Assembly (NCBI GenBank): GCA_021790195.1
Contig: JAJYIF010000003.1
Span: forward strand, 4,459-68,458
Source of the DNA: Nitrospirota bacterium
Lineage (GTDB): Bacteria; Nitrospirota; Thermodesulfovibrionia; Thermodesulfovibrionales; UBA9159
Direction of reading: 5' to 3'
Length of the DNA: 64,000 nt
Shown here piece after piece: positions 10,371 through 19,054 of the stretch. The translations under genes were made by a program, and so were the position numbers. Position 1 is the stretch's first letter; each line of letters begins with the position of its first letter. The notes beneath the pieces were generated by a model, which was given only the letters and a program-made list of their open reading frames with translations, did no database searches and was not told the DNA's origin.

Positions 10371-12428
10371 ATGTTGTCTGAGAGAGTGCCTGATTTCAAG
10401 AAGTCGCTGAACCCCTCCCAGTTTGCCGCTGTCATTACGACCGACGGGCCGGTCCTGGTCATAGCGGGGGCCGGTTCAGGCAAGACGAGGGTGATTGAGT
10501 ACCGCGTCCTCTATCTCGTCGAAAACAAGGTCAGTCCTGGTTCGATCCTGCTTCTGACCTTCACGAGAAGCGCGGCCCGCGAGATGATCTCCCGCGCATC
10601 AAGACACGATCCGCGCTGCAAAGACGTGGAGGGCGGGACATTCCACTCTTTTGCGTACAGACAGCTTAAGCGCTATGCGAAACGGATCGGTTTTTCGGAG
10701 TCGTTTTCCCTTCTCGATGAGGGCGATGCCGGAGAAGCTGTCCATCGGTGCTCTGTGAAGCTCGGTTTTTTCGAGAAGGAAAGACGCTTGCCCAAAAAGG
10801 AGACGCTGAGGGCCATTATCAGCATGTCTATCAATAAGGGCACATCGGTCGGCGAGGTCCTGAAGAAGGACTATCCGCATTTCCTCGAATTCTCAGCGGA
10901 TCTGGAGAGGCTGCGGAGGGAATATGCCGCGTACAAGATCGCAAAGAACTATCTCGACTATGACGATCTTCTGGTTTATCTGAGACTTTTGCTCGAAAAG
11001 GAGGAGATACGTGACCGTCTGTCTCGGAAGTATAAGTATATAATGGTGGATGAATATCAGGACACCAACAGATTGCAGGGAGACATAGCCTATCTTTTGT
11101 CTGAAGACCGCAGAAACATAATGGCGGTCGGGGACGACGCCCAGAGCATATACGGGTTCAGGGGCGCGTCGCATGAGAACATCATGGAGTTCCCGAAGAG
11201 ATTCGCCGAGTGCGCAATTATAAAGCTTGAGGAGAATTACCGGAGCACCCAGGCCATTCTCGATGTGGCGAATGCCGTACTCGAGAACATGAAGAACAAG
11301 TATTCCAAGTGCCTAGTGTCGGCGAGAAAGCAGGCAGGGGAGAAACCGGAGCTCCTCTTTTTTAAGGACTCTCATGAAGAGGCTGAGTGGATCGCGCATA
11401 CGATTAAGACGCAAAGGGATGAGGGTGTGCCGCTCGCCCATCAGGCCGTGTTGTTCCGCTCGCAGTATCTATCTATCCCCCTTCAGGCCGAGCTGAGCAG
11501 AAGAAACATCCCGTTCGAGGTCTTCGGAGGGCTGAAATTCTATGAGACGGCTCATGTCAAGGACGTCATGTCTCACCTCAAGATTGTCGCGAACCCGAAG
11601 GACGAGCTGGCATGGAACCGCGTGCTGACAATGATTGACGGAATAGGGCCGAGGACCGCGGAGCACATTTGCGGGGAGATTCTCGCAAGCGCTTCTTTAT
11701 CGGAGGTCCTCGATGCGGTCCTGCGAAAGCACACCTCCGGGCACAGGTATTCCGGGGGGCTGACGAGACTTTCTTCATTGATTAAAGGCATACACAAGGA
11801 AGGCTTTCCTGTGGGAGAGCAGTTCGGCCTGGTGCTCGATTACTATATGCCGTTGCTAAAGGACAGATTCGATGACTGGCATTTAAGACTTAACGACCTC
11901 GAGACGTTGCGACAGGTGGCGGCGAGATATGCCTCGCTTGAGGAGCTGCTGGAGGATTTCACGATTGAGCCGCCAGAAAGGGGCGTCTGGCGCGTGGAGC
12001 CGTCAACGCCGTACGAGGAAAAGCCCCTCACTCTCTCTACAATCCACTCCGCAAAGGGACTTGAGTGGGAATGCGTGTTTCTGATGGGGCTCATGGACGG
12101 TGTCCTGCCGGTTGCTTTTTCGCTCGACCACGAGGACGAGATGGAAGAGGAGCAGAGGCTCTTTTATGTAGGCGTTACGAGGGCGAAGACGCGTCTTGTC
12201 ATGTCATTGCACCATGAGGGCTTCAGGGGAGGCATAACCCAGTTCAATAAGATGTCGCGTTTTGTAGATGTACCAAATGTGCTCTCCAAGCTCTCTGCGA
12301 AGGGAATCCCGATGCGTGTGGAAGATCGTCACAAGGAATTCGAGAGGGGCGCGCCCCTCTATGACAAGGATTCGTTGCTGCAAAGGGTAATAGATTTGAT
12401 GGAGAAGAAAGACGGCGGCGGGGAATGA
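10371..12428 (+). CDS. UvrD/PcrA/Rep family ATP-dependent DNA helicase
   Basis: Motifs AGAGSGKT, VDEYQDTN, VGDDAQSIYGFRGA, NYRST, STIHSAKGLE, YVGVTRAK. Confidence 0.93.
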   Translation: MLSERVPDFKKSLNPSQFAAVITTDGPVLVIAGAGSGKTRVIEYRVLYLVENKVSPGSILLLTFTRSAAREMISRASRHDPRCKDVEGGTFHSFAYRQLKRYAKRIGFSESFSLLDEGDAGEAVHRCSVKLGFFEKERRLPKKETLRAIISMSINKGTSVGEVLKKDYPHFLEFSADLERLRREYAAYKIAKNYLDYDDLLVYLRLLLEKEEIRDRLSRKYKYIMVDEYQDTNRLQGDIAYLLSEDRRNIMAVGDDAQSIYGFRGASHENIMEFPKRFAECAIIKLEENYRSTQAILDVANAVLENMKNKYSKCLVSARKQAGEKPELLFFKDSHEEAEWIAHTIKTQRDEGVPLAHQAVLFRSQYLSIPLQAELSRRNIPFEVFGGLKFYETAHVKDVMSHLKIVANPKDELAWNRVLTMIDGIGPRTAEHICGEILASASLSEVLDAVLRKHTSGHRYSGGLTRLSSLIKGIHKEGFPVGEQFGLVLDYYMPLLKDRFDDWHLRLNDLETLRQVAARYASLEELLEDFTIEPPERGVWRVEPSTPYEEKPLTLSTIHSAKGLEWECVFLMGLMDGVLPVAFSLDHEDEMEEEQRLFYVGVTRAKTRLVMSLHHEGFRGGITQFNKMSRFVDVPNVLSKLSAKGIPMRVEDRHKEFERGAPLYDKDSLLQRVIDLMEKKDGGGE

Positions 12429-12454
12429 CTGCCGGGCATGAAGAGACGGTCTTC

Positions 12455-12501
12455 CGAAAGCAGAAGCCCTTACGTTATACGCGTAAGGGCTTCTGCTTTC
12501 G
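12455..12501. terminator. Perfect 20-bp stem-loop between convergent genes
   Basis: CGAAAGCAGAAGCCCTTACG-ttatacg-CGTAAGGGCTTCTGCTTTCG. Confidence 0.8.
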
Positions 12502-12560
12502 TTTCGTACGTTATCACTAAACTTCGAGGCTTGAGATCCGTTTAGCGCTTCCGCCTGTTA

Positions 12561-13658
12561 TCAGTCGTTCATGGGCTTTATGAACTTGAAATAAACCATC
12601 GTCCAGTTGCCCAGGATTATCGAGACCGTCGCCACTAAGCTTGAAAGAGCCATGGTTGACATACCTGTCACCCCGTGACCGAGGTTTCAGCCACCGGCGA
12701 TAACGGCCCCAATCCCCATCAGTAAGCTCCCGAACAGAACGGTAAGGAATTCCTTTGCCTGGGGGATCTTCCACTTGAACTCTTTTAAGGAAAGTGCGCT
12801 TATCAAAGCGCCGATGGGTACTGCAAAGATAAAGAACACTCCCCATGTACCGGTAAATATGCCCAGGAAGCTGAATTCCGGAAAAGGCGAGTGAGAACTC
12901 CTGTAAAGGACAGCGTTGAAGAACTCCCTTACGGGCGTGGTGATAGCAAGGCCCCTCGGGAAGCCGCCGAAATACGAAGAAGCTACCCACGCGGCTATGG
13001 TCAGGAGTCCCACCAGAAGTCCGGTCAGGCCCCACGAAAACGATTTGGAGCTTTTCCCGAAGGAGGGCTTGCCCTTGAAGACGAAGATCAGAAGCGCGAG
13101 GCAGAAGATGCCGATCGTGAGCCATTTTGCCGTCGGACTGCCGCCGAAGAGGTCCCATATGGCCGGGTTCGTCTTGCCCCCGACCTCGACCTTCAAGCTC
13201 TTAAGGTAATCGTATATGGGACTCAGCAAGCCCTGGGTGGTCATCACGATGCCCAGGAAAAAGCCGATGATCGCCGTTATGGTCGAGACCTGTCCTTCAC
13301 CGACCCTGTATATAATGCCGCTGGCGCATCCGCCCGCAAGCACTATGCCGACGCCGAAGATGAACCCGCCGATGACATTAGCAAGAGGGACAAAACTCTG
13401 CCGCATGAGCTCAACTTTCTCATAATGCCCGGTCGTCTGATCGAAGGTCATGAGAAGACCGAAGTGCTCTAGAAGGTTAGTCCCTATAATCGCCACAGCC
13501 ACACATAGCAAATATGCCCTGAAAAAGGTCAGGTCCTTGACGAAGATAATGTCCCTGAAGGCCGAGTTCAGGCAAAAACGCCCTCTCTGCAGGACGAACC
13601 CCAAGCTCAGGCCGAGGATAAGTGCCGATATTACAGAATAGATGTTACCTTGAAGCAT
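12561..13658 (-). CDS. YeeE/YedE (thiosulfate/sulfur compound transporter) family protein, predicted selenoprotein (in-frame UGA at 12689-12687)
   Basis: Motifs RGRFC and AGGCASG. The second repeat reads AGG-[TGA]-NLGHGVTGMS and continues 41 aa through a last TM helix to TGA 12561-12563 (365 aa in total). Confidence 0.85.
12651..12677 (-). promoter_or_regulatory. Candidate bacterial SECIS element for YeeE
   Basis: CACGG-GG-TGACA-GGTA-TGTCA-A-CCATG hairpin; the G-initiated apical loop starts 21 nt after the UGA. Confidence 0.6.
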
Positions 13659-13854
13659 ATGCCTCCCTTCCCTTACAAAAGTGCTCGTGTTTCCAGCATC
13701 CGTTTCCCATGGCTATCAGGACAGCCACTTTGGCCTTCTTCTCCACATCTTTGGAGACGCATCCCGTGACATATCTCTGTAGACGCGACTTTCCGCTGCA
13801 GCCCACAAGGATGAGATCAACGCCTTCCTCGTCGGCAACCAATACCTTCTTCAT
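13645..13854 (-). pseudogene. Internally deleted universal stress protein (mini-USP)
   Basis: Strong RBS AGGAGG. MKKVLVA is fused directly to the C-terminal DEEGVDLILVGCSG...GCVSKDV part; the central ~100 aa of the neighbouring paralogue are absent. Confidence 0.65.
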
Positions 13855-13883
13855 GTCTTTCCTCCTTTCCTTTTTTTCCGAAG

Positions 13884-14396
13884 CTAAGCTGCTGTAATCA
13901 TCCCCGGCTCCCTCACAGCCGTCTTGTGTTCGGCCGTTTCTTTGGCCACAATTACGGGGACACCTGAATCCCTCTCCACCTGCTCGCTGACGCAACCGAA
14001 GATGAACCTGCTGAGTCCCTCATGCCTGTCGCAGCCGACGATTATCAGCTCGACATTTTCCTCCTGTGCGACCTTCGAAATTTCCTCCGAGGGGATTCCC
14101 TCTCTTATCATCGTCGTTACTTTGACAAGTCCGCCGTTGTCGAATTTCTTCTTATAATGGCTGAGTATGCTCTCAGCTTTTCTGTCAAGCGCCTCTTTGT
14201 ATTCCGTTCCCCTAAGCTGCTCTTTTAACGTCGACAGCTCTGCCTCTCCGAGCATGTCAATCATCTTCGTCCTTCCCTCAAGCCTTTCCACGTAGAGAAG
14301 TATTACCTCTTCGGGGGGCCTGACCAGGTTGTCGAAGACAGACACCACGGATTCCGCGGCCCTGGTGTCATCGACTGCAACCAACACTTTTTTCAT
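13884..14396 (-). CDS. Universal stress protein
   Basis: KKVLVAVD, GIPSEEI, LIIVG, FGCVSEQV, PVIVA. Confidence 0.88.
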   Translation of the reverse strand: MKKVLVAVDDTRAAESVVSVFDNLVRPPEEVILLYVERLEGRTKMIDMLGEAELSTLKEQLRGTEYKEALDRKAESILSHYKKKFDNGGLVKVTTMIREGIPSEEISKVAQEENVELIIVGCDRHEGLSRFIFGCVSEQVERDSGVPVIVAKETAEHKTAVREPGMITAA

Positions 14397-14434
14397 TTTG
14401 CGCCTCCTTCTTGGCTGATTAGCCGCCGTTACCG

Positions 14435-15028
14435 TTAATGCTGAAACTTACCTCCCTGAAGAAAGATGCCCAAAATGTAAAGACCGGCTACAAAAATTGC
14501 GGTCACCGAAATTGCGGCAACGGCATCTCTCCAGGTATAGGGCTCCTCGCAAAGGTTTGCCCTCTTGGCCACGAGAACGGGGACCTTTGCCCTCTCCTGC
14601 ACCTCCTTCGCAAAATTGCCCGAGATGAATCTGTTCAGTCCTCTTCTTCCGTCGCCCCCCATGATAATAAGTTCTGCATGTTCTTCATCTGCGACCTTAA
14701 GGATTTCCTCTGCGGGATGTCCCGCGCGTATTATGGACTTGACACTTATTCTGCCGTCCTCAATCTCGCGGCGGAAGCGGTCCAGTGCTATTTCTGCTGT
14801 TTCATCGAGCCTGCGCTTATGCTCGCTGTCCTTGAGGGCGTCCTTCAGGGTGGACATTTCAGCATCGCCGAGCATATCAGTCAGAAGAGACCTGCCCTCG
14901 AGCCGCTGGACGTAAAGGAGTATAGCTGTCTGGGGCCTTCTCACCAGGTTTTGAAAGGAGGATAAGACCGACCTTGAAGACCTTGTATCGTCCACTACGA
15001 GCAGCACACTGTTCACACTGTTTTCCAT
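14435..15028 (-). CDS. Universal stress protein with C-terminal TM helix
   Basis: VLLVVDD, GHPAEEIL, LIIMG, PVLVA; hydrophobic C-terminus; paralogous to 13884-14396. Confidence 0.85.
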   Translation of the reverse strand: MENSVNSVLLVVDDTRSSRSVLSSFQNLVRRPQTAILLYVQRLEGRSLLTDMLGDAEMSTLKDALKDSEHKRRLDETAEIALDRFRREIEDGRISVKSIIRAGHPAEEILKVADEEHAELIIMGGDGRRGLNRFISGNFAKEVQERAKVPVLVAKRANLCEEPYTWRDAVAAISVTAIFVAGLYILGIFLQGGKFQH

Positions 15029-15041
15029 CTATCCTCACTCT

Positions 15042-15058
15042 CGCAAGGGTTATGCCAA
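15042..15058 (-). promoter_or_regulatory. sigma54 (-24/-12) promoter of the USP-USP-USP'-YeeE operon
   Basis: TTGGCATAACCCTTGCG = GG-N10-GC; divergent from a sigma54 activator gene. Confidence 0.7.
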
Positions 15059-15118
15059 GTCGTAATATATAGAATTATTCTGAAACTTCAATATGTTATA
15101 TTTTACAACATTTTCTTG

Positions 15119-15160
15119 TTGACAGGCAAGTGTCAATTTGTTAAGTTCACATAGTGAACA
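15119..15160. promoter_or_regulatory. Palindromic candidate upstream activator sequences
   Basis: TTGACA-ggcaag-TGTCAA and GTTCAC-ata-GTGAAC, about 70-110 bp from the sigma54 site, with an AT-rich spacer. Confidence 0.4.
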
Positions 15161-15219
15161 GTGAATGGACACTTGTTAACTTGACTGAAAGCTGTTGAGA
15201 AATTCAACGATAATGACAA

Positions 15220-16575
15220 ATGAATCTTGACGCTCTATTAAAAGACCCTCAGTTCGTGCCTGAAGTGTTCGAGACTATGAGGGACGGCCTCCTTGTGATA
15301 GACGCTGAAGGAAATATTAAACTCTTCAATCGGGCGGCGGAGGAGATTACAGGCTATCGAAGAGAGGAAATAATTGGAAAGAAATGCGCCATGCTGGGAT
15401 GTGATACCTGCGCGATGCTCACGGAGGCCGGCAGGCAGCGAAACGGCAAATCCGTAAGATTCAGTTCTGTTCACGACAAGGAATGCTGCATGTCCGGCGC
15501 AGGCGGGCGCCCGGTTTATGTGTTGAAAAACCTCGTGATCCTTAGGGATGAGAGGGGCGAAATAATAGGCGCGGTCGAATCGATAACCGATATTACTTCT
15601 CTTTATTTGAAGGAACAGGAGCTGCAGGGGCTGAGGCAGGAGATGCGTCAGGAGTATTGGTTCATGGGGCTTCTGGGCAAGAGTATGCCTATGCAGAGAC
15701 TGTATGAACACATCCGGAACGCGGCCGTTAGCGAGGCCCCGGTGCTGATATATGGAGAGAGCGGCTCCGGGAAGAACCTTGCGGCCAATGCGATACACAA
15801 GCTGAGCAGGCGGAAGGACGGGCCCTTTATTCAGATGAACTGCGCCTCCCTTAACGAGCAGCTGCTCGAAAGCGAGCTCTTCGGCCATAAGAAAGGCTCA
15901 TTTACGGGGGCCGTGAGTGACAGGACCGGGAGGTTTGAGGCTGCCGACGGGGGAAGTATCTTCCTTGACGAGATAGGCGACATGCCGACGACTATGCAGA
16001 TCAAGCTTCTGAGGGTCCTCGAGGAGAAGGTGGTGGAGCGTGTAGGGGATCACGCGCCCATATCCGTCAACATAAGGCTTATATCGGCCACGAACAAAGA
16101 CCTCAATTCAATGGTCTCTCAGGAGAGGTTCAGGGAGGACCTGCTTTACAGGATCAATTCCATTGTGATCAAAGTGCCCCCGCTGAGAGAGAGAAGGGAG
16201 GACATTCCGCTCATCGCCATTCACTACCTGAAGAAGATCTCCCATGTGAACAACAAGGAGATAAGAAATATAAGTCCGGCGGCCATGCAGGTGCTTCAGG
16301 ACTTCCCCTGGCCCGGCAATGTCAGGAGACTTATCAACGCCCTCGAATACAGTGCGGTCACGTGCAAGAACGATACTATAGACGTCCAGGACCTGCCGGA
16401 CTATCTCGTCTACGAAAAGAGAGAGGGCGCTGATGAGAACAACGCCGAACGCGAGAGACTGCGCTCGACGCTCGCTCTCTATAAGGGCAACAGGACTTTG
16501 GCGGCCAGGCATTTAAATATCAGCAGGACTACCTTATGGAAGAAGGTCAAGGCCTTCGGACTGGATAACAGGTGA
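15220..16575 (+). CDS. sigma54-dependent transcriptional activator (PAS-AAA+-Fis HTH)
   Basis: N-terminal PAS; GESGSGK, ESELFGH, GSFTGA, FLDEIG, WPGNVR; C-terminal HTH. Confidence 0.93.
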   Translation: MNLDALLKDPQFVPEVFETMRDGLLVIDAEGNIKLFNRAAEEITGYRREEIIGKKCAMLGCDTCAMLTEAGRQRNGKSVRFSSVHDKECCMSGAGGRPVYVLKNLVILRDERGEIIGAVESITDITSLYLKEQELQGLRQEMRQEYWFMGLLGKSMPMQRLYEHIRNAAVSEAPVLIYGESGSGKNLAANAIHKLSRRKDGPFIQMNCASLNEQLLESELFGHKKGSFTGAVSDRTGRFEAADGGSIFLDEIGDMPTTMQIKLLRVLEEKVVERVGDHAPISVNIRLISATNKDLNSMVSQERFREDLLYRINSIVIKVPPLRERREDIPLIAIHYLKKISHVNNKEIRNISPAAMQVLQDFPWPGNVRRLINALEYSAVTCKNDTIDVQDLPDYLVYEKREGADENNAERERLRSTLALYKGNRTLAARHLNISRTTLWKKVKAFGLDNR

Positions 16576-18632
16576 AGCGTATCCCGGAGCATTCAAGAGG
16601 TTATCTGATAATCGCGGGTATCTTCGTAATCATTATTGCATGCGTGGTGGCGCTAAACGTCTCCTTCAGGCGTGCCCTTCAGATGGAGATGGCTGAGCAG
16701 TTCAATAAACAGCAGCTGCTGCTGGCGAACGCGGCGTCCACGGAGATCCAGGACTATGTGGCCGGCATGCAGAGTGAACTGCTGAACAGCGCCGAGCTCG
16801 CAGCGACTTTTCAGGTTCGTAACGGCGAGGATTTTGCGAGACTCACAAAAGGATTGTTCCGGGACGCGGGGAATGTGAAGAAAGGGATAAGGTTTATAGA
16901 CCGCGAGGGAGGGCTGCTATACGCTAAAGGGCCTCTTGCCGTCGAAGGACCGGACAACGTAGACATCATCGCCATGGCCCAGCCTCTTTGTCCGGGCAAG
17001 ACGCTGGTGACGCAGGACACAAAGAGGCTGTACCTTGTGGCTCCCGTGTGCGTTTCGGATAAACTCGTCAAGGGCATGGAGCTTTCTATTGACGTACAGG
17101 ACATCGCAAGGCAATTCCTCGTCCCTATAAAATCGGGCGAGAGAGGATATGCATGGATGATGAATGACAAAGGGGACCTTCTTCACCATCCGACCCAGCC
17201 CGATATGGTGGGCAGGAACCTTTACAAGACCAATTCTTCCTGCTTTAAATGCCATAAAAGTTTTGATGTCGAGAGGAGAATAATAGAAGGGAAGGGCGAC
17301 TACTACGGCCGATACGTCGCCCCTTCCGGAGAGGATAAGGTGCTGGCCTTTTCCACCTCATCCGTCGGGAATTCAAAGTGGATAGTGGCGGTCTCCGCGC
17401 CGTATTCAGAGGTGACCATGGCGATTCAGCGGGCGATGAGGTTCTATTCGTGGCTCATCGTGTCCCTGTTCTTTTTCACTGGCGCAGTGTCCTTCGTTGT
17501 TTTTCTTTTCTACAGGAAGAAGATGAAGGCCGAGGAGCTCGAGAGGAACAAGTCGGTGCTCGAAAGACATGCGAGGGACCTGGAAGCAGAGGTGCAGAGA
17601 AGAACCGAGGAGTTGCTCGATGAGAAGGAAAAACTCAATACCGTTGTGAGCGCCATAGGCAGCGGGATAGTCCTGCTCGACATGCAGGGGAAGATCCAAT
17701 GGACGAACGAGACGATGAGGAGGATAGCGGGGAAGGATATCACCGGAATGTTTTGCGAAGATATATGCGGGGACTGCACTGTCCTCAGCTCCTGCACGCT
17801 GGATGAGGTCCAGACGGAGATAATTACCAACCTCTTCGAAAGGAAAAACAAGTATTATCAGCTGACGACCGCGCCGGTAAAAGGAGCGGACGGCGAGGTC
17901 CACGGCCATATCAGGCTGATCCAGGACGTAACCGATATGAAGAAGATGGAGCAGCAGATGATGCACTCCGAGAAGCTGACGTCTCTAGGCCGGCTTACCT
18001 CCGGCATTGCGCATGAGATGGCGAGTTCCCCCACGTCGGTCTTCTCCTTCGTGAGGATGTTGAAGGAGATGGAGCAGGACGAGTTTAAGAAGGAGAGCCT
18101 CGAAACGACCTATTTCCACATGAAACGGATAGCCGACACCCTGAAGCGTCTTTCCGGATTTTCCTCTATGCCCCCTGAAGAGCCAGGTCCCTGCAAGCTG
18201 AACAGCCTCATAGATTGGTCGCTCTCCCTCATTCAGTATGACGGCAGGGCGAAGGATATAACTATAGTGAGGGACCTCCGGCCTGACTTGCCGGACATCG
18301 TGGCCGACCGGAACCAGTTAGCGCAGGTGATTGTCAATCTCGTGCTGAACGCGGTCGATGCGATGCCCAACGGAGGCACGCTCAGGATTCAGACGGGGAT
18401 GCAGAACGGCAATGTTGAGGTCCTTTTCGAGGACACCGGCATCGGCATTCCTGCGGAGAACCTCAACAGGATATTCGACCCGTTTTACAGTACGAAAGAC
18501 AACGGCACGGGACTTGGCCTTGCGGTGAGTCATAGCATAGTAAGGAAGTTCGAGGGTAACCTTACCGTGAAGAGTGAGGTGAACAGGGGCTCGAAGTTTG
18601 TGATGACCTTTCCTGCCCATCGTGCGGCCTGA
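16572..18632 (+). CDS. Sensor histidine kinase (Cache domain with CxxCH heme motif, PAS, HisKA/HATPase)
   Basis: Two TM helices; CFKCH in the periplasmic region; IAHE H-box, NAVDAM, DTGIGI, GTGLGL. Confidence 0.88.
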   Translation: MKRIPEHSRGYLIIAGIFVIIIACVVALNVSFRRALQMEMAEQFNKQQLLLANAASTEIQDYVAGMQSELLNSAELAATFQVRNGEDFARLTKGLFRDAGNVKKGIRFIDREGGLLYAKGPLAVEGPDNVDIIAMAQPLCPGKTLVTQDTKRLYLVAPVCVSDKLVKGMELSIDVQDIARQFLVPIKSGERGYAWMMNDKGDLLHHPTQPDMVGRNLYKTNSSCFKCHKSFDVERRIIEGKGDYYGRYVAPSGEDKVLAFSTSSVGNSKWIVAVSAPYSEVTMAIQRAMRFYSWLIVSLFFFTGAVSFVVFLFYRKKMKAEELERNKSVLERHARDLEAEVQRRTEELLDEKEKLNTVVSAIGSGIVLLDMQGKIQWTNETMRRIAGKDITGMFCEDICGDCTVLSSCTLDEVQTEIITNLFERKNKYYQLTTAPVKGADGEVHGHIRLIQDVTDMKKMEQQMMHSEKLTSLGRLTSGIAHEMASSPTSVFSFVRMLKEMEQDEFKKESLETTYFHMKRIADTLKRLSGFSSMPPEEPGPCKLNSLIDWSLSLIQYDGRAKDITIVRDLRPDLPDIVADRNQLAQVIVNLVLNAVDAMPNGGTLRIQTGMQNGNVEVLFEDTGIGIPAENLNRIFDPFYSTKDNGTGLGLAVSHSIVRKFEGNLTVKSEVNRGSKFVMTFPAHRAA

Positions 18633-19054
18633 GGCGACTCCCGTCCCGGAAGGGATGTTCGCCTACTATCCGCTTAATCGTCAGAAACAAACTGCCGTTA
18701 AGTCTTTTCAGTTTTTTGAAATGTGATAACGAGAACACAGGAGCAGGGTGAAACCCGAGATCACATCAAGAGAAGCTGCTCCGAAATAGTCGTTGGCCGC
18801 GTATCCAAGCAGCGCCCCCCCATCAGTTAGACAACCGAAATGAAGCAGGCGAGGAGAAAGCCCTTCCGCAGCGTGCATGCTCCTCTATGTCCTGGATCAT
18901 ATCTCTGCACGTCGATGCGCAATCGGATTGAGCGCGAGGTGAAATAGTGTTAATCTTAATACGGAATATCGGGTTATAGAGAGCATATATGCGCTGGTTA
19001 GAGATGCAAGGGACCTGAAAATAACCGGTTGTTAAGGAGATCAAGACGCTGTTT

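Noticed and set aside
12517-13158. Frameshift explanation for the truncated YeeE using the overlapping 213-aa ORF
   Set aside because: The YeeE-like continuation is in the same frame directly after the TGA; the overlapping ORF is not membrane-protein-like.
18633-19054. 420-bp intergenic region before the P-type ATPase as a possible riboswitch or gene remnant
   Set aside because: No recognisable motif, repeat or credible ORF.
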